A stretch of 64,000 bases of DNA from Eledone cirrhosa. Its lineage: Eukaryota. The DNA lies in contig OZ024741.1 of NCBI GenBank assembly GCA_964016885.1, positions 282,782,001 to 282,846,000 on the forward strand. The letters are read 5' to 3'. Of this stretch, positions 17,310-29,395 are shown piece after piece; position 1 is the first letter of the stretch, and every line of letters starts with the position of its first letter. Both the position numbers and the translations under genes were made by a program. The notes beneath the pieces are model-generated. The model worked only from the letters and a program-made list of their open reading frames with translations, was not told where the DNA came from and searched no databases.

Positions 17310-19095
17310 AGGTGCCAGGTATATCTAGCAAGGGAAAAGGCAGAAAAGAAGGAGTTTGCACATGTTCTGCATCATGATGATCAGAAGTGCAAAGTGTTCC
17401 AGATTGCAAGGCAGTGTGCTAGAGAAAATCACAACGTGGTTGCTGAAAATGTGTTTGATATGATAGTGGAGCACTTTCCCTGTCTGATGCAGACAAGAAG
17501 GAGGCATGGAAGACTTACTATGAAAGACTGCTGAATGAAGAAAATAAATGGGATAGTGATGGCCTACTCCATGTAGACCCAACTGAGAGACTATCCATAA
17601 AAGTTAATAGCAGTATGATAGACAAAGCAATTAAAGACATGAAGGTAGGGAAGGCAGCTGGTCCATCTGGTATAGTTGCTGAGATGCTAAAAGCATGTGG
17701 CATGGTAGATTATGAGCTAGTCAGACACATAGTACATCAAGTAGTCCAGGATGGTGTCATACCCAATGATTGGTGCAGCAGTATCATTGTAAATTGCTAC
17801 ATAAATTAGAGAGAGGTAACTACAGAGACATCAAGTTAATGGACCAGATTATGAAAGTTCCTGAAAGGGTTATAGCACAACTATTTAGGGACAGAATCAA
17901 GTTGGATGAGATGCAGTTTGGCTCTAAAGCAGGTAGGGGTACTACCAATTCCCACTTTCTGGTGAGATAACTGCAGAAGAAGTACTTAGCTAAGAGTAAG
18001 CTACTGTCCCTGGTATTTGTAGATCTGGAGAAGGCTTTCAACAAGGTCTCCGATTCTGTAACATTTAGGAAGCTAGATGTATAAAGATGCAACCAATAAG
18101 GTGACAATTGGCAAAGAGTACAAGTGGGGGTCCACCAAAGCTCACTCCTTAGTCCACTTCTGTTTATCATTGTCCTTCAGGTCATCACTAAGGAGTTTAA
18201 AACTGGCACTCTATGGGATCTCCATAGGAAATTAAGAGGTGACATTCCAACCATGGAAGAACAGCCTAGAGTTGAAAGACTAAAAAGTAGCTTTAGCAAA
18301 GATGAAAGTCTTAATAGGTAGGAAAGTGGACAGGAGGCTGATAACATCAGGGAAGTGGTCATGTTCAATATGTCAGAAATTTCATAAGCTGCACATAATG
18401 TAGTCTATGAAATCACAATAAATGTAGTGGGATTGCAGGCAGGTTACAGAGACAAACTTTGTATATGGCAGATGCACAGGAGAAGCAAGCACTAAGAGCA
18501 CATGTGAAACAGATTCTCTCAATTGCCAAAGAGGCTCCTTTGAACTTGTTGACAGCTTTTGTTATTTATGTGACCTAATCAGCAATGGGAGAGGATGCTC
18601 TGAAAGTGTGATAGCCATGAGCAGAACAGGCTGAATGTAATTTAGGGAGCTAGTACCTCTGTTGACAACAAGGGGCTTCACTATCAGAGTGAAGGATAGA
18701 CTATTCAATACTTGCATGCAAACTGTGCATTGGCTGTAGAAAACCTGTGAAGGCTAGAAAAAAATAAAGTGGGTATCTTCTGATGGATATGTAATGTTAG
18801 TGTGAATGAACAATGTAGCACAGGGAAGTTGAGAGAAAAATTTGGCATAAGAGGAATTGGATGTAGTTTATAAGAGAGAAGACTGCATTACTATGGATAT
18901 GTAATGCTTATGGAAGATGGCATCTGCATTTTTTAATGCAGGTAAATCTAGGTGGTTGGGACCTGTGGATGAAGCAGACACAAAAAATCTAGAGAGGAAG
19001 TAGTGAAGACAGACCTTAAGAAGCTGAACCTCACAATGGAGATGACAAAAGACTATGAGAATTAGCAACAACCTGTACTGGAGAAAGCCTGTATG
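17310..19095 (+). mobile_element. Degenerate RTE-clade LINE (family RTE-1)
   Basis: MKVGKAAGPSGI..EML, IPNDW..S.I, NYRDIKL, QFG...GRGTT, LVFVDLEKAF, GVHQ.S.LSPLLF; many stops. Confidence 0.85.
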
Positions 19096-20557
19096 CTAGC
19101 AGAAAATGTGATCTGACTCATTTCCATGCCCCACCTCAAATAGCACACCTTAGTAGTTATCCTTACTATCACTGTACATCCCTACCATCACTACACCAAC
19201 CTCAAAATATCCCCATACACTGGTGAATATCGTCCCATGCTATCAACCCACCATTAACACTTCTTAGCTATTCTCACCCTCACTCAATTCCCCACTACCA
19301 CACCTTAGCTACTCTCACCCTCACTACATCCCCCACTACCACACCTCAGCTCTTCTCACTATCACTACATTTCTCCTCTGAAAATCTTGATGCACCTGTG
19401 ACTACTCTACTACACTATCAAAGGATGCCCCTCTCCTCTTACTCATTACCCTGTCAAATCCCATCACACCGGCCATACATCCATAACATCATCTTTATCT
19501 TCCCTCTCTCTTTCTTTACCTCTGCCCACAGAGCAGAGAAGGCTCTTCAGTTGGGATAATAACTGACAACCTCTCTACAAAAATTAACCCAGTACACCCT
19601 GTAAGGTGGTCGGCGATAGGAAGTGCACCCCACTAGAGAAACCATACCAAAACAATTCAAAGGACCCTTCAGTACTGTTAACAGCATGACAAACTCTCTA
19701 GTGTTGATGATCGACACAACAAATGCACTCAGTACATGCTGTAAAATGATCAGTGTTATGATTAGCATCCAGCCATAGAAAACATGCCAAACAAATGATT
19801 GGGAGAACTTTCCATTTGTGTTAAAGACATGTCAACTTCCCTAGTGTTTATGATCTACACAATGAAAGCACCCAGTACACTCTATGAAGTGGTTGGTGAT
19901 AAGAAGGTCATCCAGCCATAGAAAGTTTGCCAAACAAAGGATTGGGAGGACCCTTTAGTTGTGTCAAAGACATAACAACCTCTTTAGTGCTGGTATCATG
20001 ATAAAATGTACTTATTAGAGCATGGGACCGCATGTAAATAATATACACATTCCTTATCCATTAGAGAGGTCAGTGGCCCTGCTTGAGCTCTGACTTGGTT
20101 TGTGAAGGCCCATCGAACTTTTGTTAGCAGTGGAAAATGGACGTTAAATGATGATGATACACTCACACAGCACAAGAGGGAATTAGAGTTAAAAAATTGT
20201 ATTTTGTGTTTATTGTTTTGTTTTGTTGTTTTTAGTAGAATCACAATCTCCAATGTTTAAGACAGAAATCCAAAGATATTTTCTAAAAACAAACAAAAAA
20301 ACTTGTTTTAAGTTTTAAAAGTTATCAGGGTAGGGTGCTTATATTTTTAGTTTACTTACATTTTCATTTTGGTCTATTTTTCCAACATAATCTGTTACTT
20401 TTTGAAAGTTTTGTGCTATATTTCATGAAATTGATCTGGCAACCCAGCTTAGTGGTATCCCACCTTGGCACAGACCCAAATTGTATCTCATCTAAACTAA
20501 TTTTCTTTCTAATTAGTTGAGCTATAATTTTTTTCTATTTCTTACATAATATGATGC

Positions 20558-21022
20558 ATTAGTTTGATGCCTCTGTTGTTGCTTTTTTTTCTAGAGCCTC
20601 ACCTTTGCCCTTGTAGCAGTTGATGATGACACAGCTGTGCCAGTCATTGGGAATGACTCTTTTCTGTACTACCTAACAGACTATCATCATCATTTTACAA
20701 CCTTCTTTCTAATATGATATAGAAGACAACAGGCAGTTCCTATGAGACAATCTGCTGCAAGCCACTAACCAGATCTGCTAATGGATCAAGGTTCCAACTA
20801 GAAAGAAGGTTGTAAAATGATGATGATAGTCTGTTAGGTAGTACAGAAAAGAGTCACTCCCAATGACTGGCACAGCAGTGTCATCATCAACTGCTACAAG
20901 GGCAAAGGTGAGGCTCTAGAAAAAAAGCAACAACAGAGGCATCAAACTAATCCATTAACAGATCTGGTTAGTGGCATGCAGCAGATTGTCTCATAGGAAC
21001 TGTCTGTTGTCTTCTATATCAT
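20558..21022. repeat. Interleaved inverted duplication A-B-A'-B'
   Basis: A 20558-20711 = reverse complement of 20799-20951 (RTE fragment); B 20714-20786 = reverse complement of 20950-21022. Confidence 0.9.
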
Positions 21023-21210
21023 GAGTCTGTGTCTAGCCTGCTGGTCAGTAGCTTGTAGCAGGTTGTCTCATAGAAACTTCCAATTATCATCTATATAATG
21101 AGTCTGTGTGTAGCCCTCTGGTCAGTGGCTTGGAGCAGGTTATCTCATAGAAACTTCCAGTTGTCTTCTCTATCATGAGTCTGTGTCTATCTCTCTGGTC
21201 ACTGGCTTAG
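20965..21210 (+). repeat. Minisatellite, unit about 70 bp, about 3.5 copies
   Basis: Recurring 'ctggtcagtggctt..agcaggttgtctcatagaaacttcca..tctatcatgagtctgtgtcta'. Confidence 0.75.
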
Positions 21211-21500
21211 TGATCAGTGTTGGGCTCACAATTGTGAGGTTGAGTTCACTTCTCAGACTGTATGGTGCATTGTGTCCTTGAGTAAGACACTTTATTTCAT
21301 GTTGCTTCAATTCTTTCACTTGGAGAAAATGAGTTGCAACATCATTGGTGCCAAGTCGTATCAGCCTTGGACTGTATGGGTAGCATGGAGAGAGAAGACT
21401 GGCATGCATGGGTGACTGCTGGTCTGTCACAAAAACATCTTGTTTAGGCTTGTGCCTCAAAGAAGAACTTTCTAGGTGCAAACCTATGGTTAGCCATGAT
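21200..21500 (+). mobile_element. tRNA-derived SINE, family A-like
   Basis: tggcttagtgatcag..gagttca..gtgtccttgagtaagacactttatttca, shared with 2128-2400. Confidence 0.6.
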
Positions 21501-21954
21501 AGATGCAGGAGGAGGCACTCCCCTTCCCTGAAAAGTATGAAGTTTATATATGTTCCATGTCCATCTGTGTAGTAGAGAATCAGGTATTTGGCCCAGTCAA
21601 AACACCAAAGCAGAGGTTCTCACACTTTTTAAGAACCTCTGCTCTAAATCCTGATTTCCTTTTCATTCCATGTATTATAGCTATATCCTCCGTGTACATC
21701 AGAATAGTCATCATGTTGTTGCACAACATGGCCATTAAAAACATAGGTCATGACTACAAGGTCATTGTCCTCTGTTATCAAGGTAGTCTGCAAGATAAGT
21801 CAGCTGTAGAAGTTAACTGACTTCACTAGGAACATAGTATTAAATAATCCAGTGATTGTATACAAATCTATATCCATCTCTTTAGCCAGAAGACTGAAAT
21901 TTATCTATTTGTCAACTGTAAATCTGTAGGTTTAATATTTTTTTCTGAATAATG

Positions 21955-22165
21955 GTTTCTGATTTAAGCACAAGGCCAACAATTTAGGTGGGAGGGAAAA
22001 GTTGATTAAATCAACCCCAGTGTATTAGAGGTACTTTCTTTTATTGACCTCGTAAGGATGAAAGGCAAATCTAACTTTAAGGGGATTTGAAATCAGAATG
22101 TGAAGGGCTGTAACTATATGCTGCAAAGCATGTAGTCCAATGCTCTACCGATACTGCCAATCCAT
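21955..22165 (-). mobile_element. SINE family B
   Basis: Reverse-complement similarity to 22961-23140. Confidence 0.7.
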
Positions 22166-22867
22166 TTTTTCTAAATAATACAAGAAGTGGAGGCAGGCTG
22201 AGCTAAAGAGGGCCTGTCTAATTCAAGCAAGCATGGAAAAATGGATGTATGATGATGATGATAATGATGAAAAGCAAGCTATTTAATAGGTAATAAAAAA
22301 AACTGGTTCAAAAGAATATGAAGCACCCTGCTCCACCTTGAATTACAAATATCTAAAGAATTACTTGGATATATTTTATATGCCTCTAATGCTTGTAGCC
22401 TTCAGCCACCAAAAAATCCCAACAATCAAACATTGTGGCATATTTTCTCATTTTTTTTGCAGCTATCACATGCATAGAATACTACATGCAGTTTCACACA
22501 TTAAAGCTATAGTTGACACTTTGTATTTCAAATAAAAGTTCCACTAAAGTTCAAAAGAAGTGTTTTTAAAATTGTTTTAAGACAGTATGGACTTTCAGCT
22601 GTAGAAATTATCTCAGTTATTTTCCCCTTCAAAATGATTCAAATGATTTACTTTATCATTTTAGAAGAATTGAATTTATGAAAATAAAAGAGACAAATTG
22701 AAAGAATTCAGTGAGTCAAAAAACAGCTAGTCAATTTGTAGTATATGTGCTGTATGCATTTTGTTTCTCTAAAATGGCTGACTGAATACACATGTGTTTT
22801 TTCTAAAAAAAAAATGTTTCTCTTCTCACTCTCTATCTTTCTATTTCATATTTTATTTCTCATTCTA

Positions 22868-22903
22868 TCTTCTGACGAAGGACTAATGTCCAAAAAGTTA
22901 AGA
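22868..22903 (+). ncRNA. Decayed minimal hammerhead
   Basis: TCTT-CTGACGA-A-GGAC-taat-GTCC-AAAAA-GTT-AAGA (GAAAC mutated); downstream tail homologous to minus-strand 31140-31205. Confidence 0.55.
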
Positions 22904-22960
22904 CTATTTTCCTATTATATCAAGTGTTAAACTAATATATTTCTTCCTTGTACTGTATTA

Positions 22961-23140
22961 TTGGCAGTATCGGTAGAGGGTCAGACGCCATGCTTTGACG
23001 CATAGAGTTACGACCCTTGCCATTCTGAGTTCAAATCCCGCTGAGGTTAACTTTGCCTTTCATCCTTACGAGGTCGATAAAATAAAGTACCAGTAATGCA
23101 CTGAGTAATTGCTGGCCTTGTGCCAAAAGTAGAAACATTT
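22961..23140 (+). mobile_element. tRNA-derived SINE, family B
   Basis: TGGCAGTATCGG (A box), GAGTTCAAATCC (B box), core 'aactttgcctttcatccttacg.ggtcgataaaataaagtaccag'; about 15 copies in the window. Confidence 0.85.
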
Positions 23141-23438
23141 ATTTCTATTTATCTTTTGCATACATATATACATCATCATCAACAACGTCGTTTTAACATC
23201 CACTTTCCCTGCTAGTAAGGGTTGTATGGGTCCTCATAGACCAAATCAGTACTGAAGCTGTGGCTACTGATCTTCATGACAAGCCAGGGATTTGTTGTCT
23301 TGCTTATGTACAATCTTATGTTCTACTGAGTGCACAGGAGAGATTGTCCTGTCTTTGAAACAACCCTTTATTAGCAAGCTTTGTATAGCTGGATGCCCTT
23401 CCTACCACCAACCACTTAACATTTATATATATATATAA

Positions 23439-23607
23439 AATCAGTTAACAACAGTGTTATTACACAGATACTTAAGTTTTGTTGAGTTTAACACCAACTC
23501 ATTTAGTTTGCCATATTGTAACTCCATTAAAATATGGCAGACTGAATAAGTTGGTGTTAAACCCAACAAAACTTAGGTATCTATGTAATGACACTTGTTA
23601 ACTGATT
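23439..23607. repeat. Aged fold-back palindrome (about 78-bp arms, 13-nt loop) next to (TA)n
   Basis: aatcagttaaca..tttgccatatt / aatatggcaga..tgttaactgatt; mismatches are mostly transitions. Confidence 0.85.
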
Positions 23608-23672
23608 ATACATAACTTGTTCCATAGACTGAGTGTTGTAAATCCTTGGACATTTTATACCCAATTTTTACT

Positions 23673-23727
<55 letters not shown>

Positions 23728-24444
23728 GTGTGTGTATAAGGTGAATTGATAGAATCGTTAGAATCCTTTGTGGTGTTCGTTCCAGCTCTCTATGCTCTGA
23801 GTTCATGGTTGGAATGACACTTCAGAACATACATGCATGGCAGCCATGTCAAGCATTTTTTCACTTTGAAAAAAATTTAAAATTTCATTCTTTCAGTATA
23901 AATTTGTTGTCATTAATGTATTATAAGTGTATAAAACAAACATGCATGTATTCATACCCACATACATACACACCCACACATACATATAGAAATACATACA
24001 CACACGTACACACAGCCGTACATATATATATAAACATGCACACACACACACACACATGAAAGTGGAGCTTCTACATGGTCACAGAGTCTGTTAAAAATAA
24101 CAACCAAATCACAATCTTTCATTTGGTTGGAATGACTCTGATCAAAGACACTTCAGCCTTTTTTATGCATGCATAGCTGTATTTGTAAGTGTGTTTCTAA
24201 GATAATAGGCGACAAATTGGCAGAGTCATTAAGACATCAGATAGAATGCTTTACAGTATTTGTCCCACCTCATTAGGCTCTGCCAGGTTTAAAAAAAGTG
24301 CCCTAGACATGCCATACGATGGTGTTTCTATGATATCCACAAGGAGCTATGGGATCTTTATCCTTATCCTTTATCTAAGATAATATTATTCAGTGTCTCT
24401 TTAAGTCAATAGATAGTGATTTGGCTGTTATTTCTAACAGGTTC

Positions 24445-24797
24445 AGAGATTGTGTTGAGGCTGTCCAATATCTTGGACAGAAAAGAAAACCAATGATAAA
24501 GTCCTAAGACTGGCAGGCATGGAAAGATCTCTTGTCTGTACTATTAGAAAGAGGAAATTGTAATTATTTGACCACATAAACAGAAGAGACGGTTTAGAGA
24601 AGTTGATTCTTTGTGGCAACATTACTAGAAAGAGGAGACAAGGAAGACAAAGAACAACATTTACAGACAGCCTGAACAAATACATCAATGAAAATAGTAC
24701 AAGAAAGAATGACCTCCTCCAGAACACTGAAAACAGGAAGAACTGGAGAGCCATGATCACTGATGTTTGGAATAGACCTGGCACCTTATGATGATGA
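24445..24797 (+). mobile_element. 3' fragment of an RTE-type LINE
   Basis: ISWTEKKTNDKVL..IRKRKL..HINRRDGLEKLILCG...KRRQGRQRTTFTDSL..WRAMI, then a (TGA)n tail. Confidence 0.75.
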
Positions 24798-25009
24798 GCA
24801 ATGATTACAAATACAGCATGATGAAAGAACGGGGCATGTTCTGTAAAGGAACGGGAAAATGAGGATACAACAACACACAGATGAGAAAGTGATATAAGAA
24901 AACAATTTTTCACGAGGAAAAGACCAGCATCTGCTTCAAACATACTAAACAAGATTATCCAGATACTTTCAAAATATCAGACAATTGATGATTAAAAACA
25001 AGATTTTAG

Positions 25010-25330
25010 AGTTGAATTAAACTACTTAGGAAAGATAGTTGAGAAAAATTCAAGTGGTTAAAGAAAATATTCTTTAAGAACTCTCGGAAAAATCTACCAA
25101 TTAATTTATGCTGTAGTAATGGACAAGTGCTAATACCATCCCTCTCACATTCATCTCCTGAGATTAAGGAACTGTTAACATAAGCTATTGATGAGGATGT
25201 CAAATTAAAATTATTTAGCTTTCACATTCTCAGATGGAATGGACACTAAATAAATATAACATAATCCAATAGGCTGAGAAAGTCTTACCATTATATTTAA
25301 TTGCTTTCTCAAATCAGGAACCAAGACATG
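25010..25330 (+). pseudogene. Possible Helitron Rep/Helicase N-terminal fragment
   Basis: CCSNGQVLIPSLSHSSPEIKELL resembles the CC..GKV.LP.L...P..L..LL motif of Helitron RepHel; the rest is degraded. Confidence 0.45.
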
Positions 25331-25434
25331 TTAGTTTCCATTGGTATTTTCAAGTACGTATATACTATAAGAATATGTAATACAATGATACAATGATGGA
25401 CACCATCTTCAAGACAGTGTGTTTGCACTAGTAT

Positions 25435-25830
25435 CATCAACATCACCGTTTTACGTCCGTTCTTCCAAGCTAACATGGGTTAGACGGGTTGTCCTGTTGT
25501 AAGCAGTGTCCGGTCGGCTGACCATGCCTTGCTCATACAGGAACTGATCTGGCTTGATTTCTACAGCTGGATGCCCTTCCTAACACCAACCTCATTTACA
25601 GTGAGTGCTGGGTGCTTTTTCGTGGCGCCTACACGTCCACTTTACAGTGTGGGCTGGGTGCTTTTTTTGCCGTGGCACCTCCACGACCACCTTGATTCTG
25701 GCTTGATTTGTACAGCTGGATGCCCTTCCTAACACCAACCTCATTTAGAGTGAGTGCGGGGTGCTTTTTTCCGTGGCGCCTACATGTCCACTTTACAGTG
25801 TGGGCTGGGTGCCTTTTTGCTGTGGCACCT
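25435..25830 (-). mobile_element. RTE-1 3' UTR (or derived SINE) with an internal tandem duplication of about 152 bp
   Basis: Reverse complement of 'ggtgttaggaagggcatccagctgta' occurs twice; homologous to 27430-27632. Confidence 0.65.
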
Positions 25831-25849
25831 AGTATATATATATATTGAT

Positions 25850-28445
25850 GATAACATCATAGCTGCCATGTCCCAACATCTTGAAATATCCAAAATGTCT
25901 ATTGATCTAACACTGCAGGAAGTGAAGGACTCCATCAAGCAAATTTACTTCAATAAAGCTCATGGCAAGGATGCTATTCCAACAAATAATTATAAGTATG
26001 GTGGACAAAAACTGGTCAAGAAACTGCATGAGCTCTTCAAAACAATTTGGAAGGCCAGTCATGTTCCTCAAAACAACAAGGGCACGTCCATCAAACATCT
26101 CTACAAGAACAAAGGGAATAGGAGTGTATGTGATAACCATCGTGGAATATCACTTCTGTCAATTGCTGATAAAATCTCAACCAGGCTAATACCCAATAGG
26201 ATCATCAAATATATCGTCGATGACATTTACCCTTTCAGGCCGTGGTACAATCAACATGATTTTTTCTCTTTGTCAGGTTGCTGAAAAGGTCAATGAGAGA
26301 AATAAGGAGCTGTATATCTAACTAAGGCCTTTGACACTGTAAAACAGCAAACGTTTTGGAAAGTTCTAAAGAAGCTTGGTATACCTGACAAGATGCTTAT
26401 CATCATTGTCTGCTTCCAAGAATGGATGAAAGCTGCTGTTTAATCTGATGGGGAGTTGTCAGATTCCTTTGATATGACAAATGGCACAAAACATGGCTCC
26501 AGTTATTTTTGTACTATTCTTCTCAGTGATGTTGATATATGCCTTTGGTGAAAAAGATGCAAGTGTTAGATTCCAATTTCGAACTAGTAATGGACTCTTC
26601 AACCATCAATGGTTCAAAGCATCTATGGACCAGCACCATTTGCAATCTCCTTTTCACAAATGACACTGCACTTGTAATAACATTTTAAAGGAAGTCCAGG
26701 AAGACGTAAACTGTTTTTCTGTTGCAAGTAAAGCCTTCAGATTTAAAACCATCAGCATAAAGAAAACAGTGGTGATCCGCTAAAGGGTTCTCCCTAAAAA
26801 TGAAAGGCAGGTTGTACGATGCCTGCATACGAACAGCAATGTTGAATGGCAGTGAGACCTGGGCATTGTGTGCAGAGGATATACGCAGACTAGAGAGAAA
26901 CGAAGCTTGCATGCTCCGCTGGATGTGTAATAGTAATATACGTGAACAGCAAAGCATAAACGAACTAAGGAAAAAATTAGAAATAAGAGGGATCAGATGT
27001 TGTTTACTTGAGAGAAGGCTACGTTGGTATGGTCACGTGATGTGCATGAAGGACGATAGCTGTATAACAAAGTGCAGGGCAATAAAGATAGACGGTAGCC
27101 ACGGAATAGGCAGACCTAGAAAAACCTGGGACGAGCTGATAAATTCCGACCTCACACACTTACACCTCACCAAGACAATGTCACTGGACCGAGACCTTTG
27201 GCGGTACTCAGTAATAGAGAAGACCCGCCTTACCTAAGTACAAAGTAAAACCTACTACAGTCAGTAGGCATCTCTAACAAAATACACCCCCCGTCCCACC
27301 CCCCCCACCCCATCCACACCACCCCTTTCAATGTAAAGTTATGTTGGTGCCACAACATCCAGGCCGAAACAAATGAGATCGTGTAGGTGTCACGTAAAAA
27401 AACACAGTTCACGCTGTAATGTGGCCGTGTAGGCAACACGGTAAAAACCTCCCAGCCCCACACTGTAAATGTGTTTGGTGTTAGGAAGGGCATCCAGCTG
27501 TAGAAAACCCACCAGATAGTCCTATGCGAGCAAGATAACCACTCTTGCCTCAAGTGGGAAAACCCTCCGTCCAAACCCATGCAAGCGTGGAACACGGACG
27601 TTAAACGATGATGATGATGATGATGATGATGATCCACCAGCCATGCTCTATGCCTAAACAAATACAAGCTGTCAAACAGAAACCACCAATTCATCAGTTC
27701 CCTGACAACTCTTATAAAGGTTGATGGGAAGAATCTCAAGCATGTGAAATCATTCACATATCTTGGCAGTAAGATGAACTCAAATACATCTCTTGGTGGA
27801 GAAATAATCAATCGAATGGGGAAAGTCATGTCTGCATTTGGCAAGCTCCGTCATTGCCTTTGGAATGAGAGTGGCATAAAACTGGACACCAATATACAGG
27901 CTTATAAAGCTTTTATATGGATCAGAATCTTAGACACCACATAGGTTACACATCAACAAACTAAACCTCTTTCATAAAAGTTGTCTTCGTGCAATCTGTG
28001 GGTACACTCTCAAAGTCAAAATATCTAATGTAGATCTCTTCACTAAGTGCAAGATTGGAGGCATTGAAACCTTTCTTATGAAATCCCAATTACACTGGAT
28101 TGGTCATAGCATCAGAATGAGGGACAAAAGAAAGCTTGAAAGTGGCTATAGAAATGTTGGACAGACATGGTTCAGGTATAAAGACAAGCTGAAAAGTACT
28201 ATTTTAGTAACCAGTACACCTTATGAGACATTTGAGCAAGTGGCCTTGGAACAGAAAGACTGGAGATCTGTGTCATAATCTGGTTGTATCCATCTGCTAC
28301 AAGAAGCAAGAGGGAAGAAAAAAGCATTATCAAACAGACTAGCAACATTGTCCAGTAGTCCTCACACTTGCATGATCTATGGACTTGCTTGCAAATCTTT
28401 GGCAGGACTAAAATGTCATACCTGATATAATCCAAACTGAATGAA
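25850..28445 (+). mobile_element. Degenerate RTE/BovB-like LINE, split by a nested insertion
   Basis: KAHGKDAIP..YKYGG..L..LF..IW, LYKNKGNRSVCDNHRGISLLS, LTKAFDTV, KKTVVI|HQP, VKSFTYLGS, QLHWIGH.IRM. Confidence 0.85.
26779..27632 (+). mobile_element. 5'-truncated RTE-1 LINE nested in the BovB-like LINE
   Basis: Open ORF end KGRLYDACIRTAMLNGSETW..RLRWYGHV..GRPRKTW; (GAT)n tail; TGATCC duplicated at 26773-26778 and 27630-27635. Confidence 0.88.
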
Positions 28446-28828
28446 CTAAATAGGTTGTTTGGATCCTTAAATGTCAAAATTGACAGGAGAGTCCATCTAT
28501 ATAAGATGTCTGATGATGTCATGGCACTGGGTACACGGAATCGTGTGGCCACTGTTGTCATTGAAATATGTATCCATAAAGGACTTTAACATCTGAAATT
28601 ACTTCGCATTTTCTCATTCTATATATATATATAAACGATTAAGTTGTTTTGTTTACATATATTTATGTTTTTATTGTGTATCCACCTGTTATGCACATTT
28701 TGAAGATGATTGGCTCAGGGTCACCCATAGAAGTTATGGACCTGACTCCAGGGTTGATCACACTCTGCCTGTGCATAAAGTGTTCATTTTGGTACCACCA
28801 CCAGTAATTCACTGAATCACATGCACTT

Positions 28829-28864
<36 letters not shown>

Positions 28865-28867
28865 CTT

Positions 28868-29395
28868 TATTTCTGTATTAGTTTTGCAAGATTCTTGATG
28901 TGAAATCATGTTTGAAATAGATATTGTTATACTTTGGGGTTATGCTACCAATAAAAACACATGCACAAGTTGAGTTTCACTTTAATTTATTATTAGTTGA
29001 GTAACTAATCCATTCATTGGTTAATTTAATAACTGGATGGTTGTTTAACCCTTTAGTTATCAACCTGGCTAAAAACCACCTCTTGTTCTATGAAATAAAA
29101 CACCCATTTTAAAGGTTTCCAATTTAAATTAAAATCTTCCAACATAATTTTATATCAGAATTGGTAATTTTATATTGGTAATGAAATAATTAATAATTTT
29201 AGTAAATCCCTTTAAATTCTTCATTAATTAATTAAATAGAGTGTATTTCATGAGAAATGCAGCCATGAAAGGGTTAATTGTTAATTGTCACGATAATTGT
29301 CAAAGCTCTTTTGTCACATATTTTGTGACCGCCTCAGTGTCTGTTCTTGTTATTTTGTGTCTCCTCTTTGTTTTATTTTACTCCATCTTGTCTTG
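28868..29395 (-). mobile_element. Solo PLE-1-type pseudo-LTR, decayed, interrupted by a MITE
   Basis: Similar to 11045-11300 and 42031-42275; decayed HHR at about 29297-29342 (CTGAGGC..gtcac..gtgac AAAA gagc TT tgac). Confidence 0.7.
29049..29273. mobile_element. piggyBac-type MITE
   Basis: TTAA|CCCTTT...AAAGGG|TTAA termini. Confidence 0.7.

Noticed and set aside
20965-21210. CRISPR-like periodicity
   Set aside because: Units are wholly repeated with no unique spacers; eukaryotic minisatellite.
22961-23045. tRNA gene
   Set aside because: A/B boxes belong to a SINE head present in many diverged copies; no cloverleaf.
28504-28580. CTGATGA...GAAATATGTA candidate HHR
   Set aside because: Stem II is plausible but stem I does not pair convincingly.
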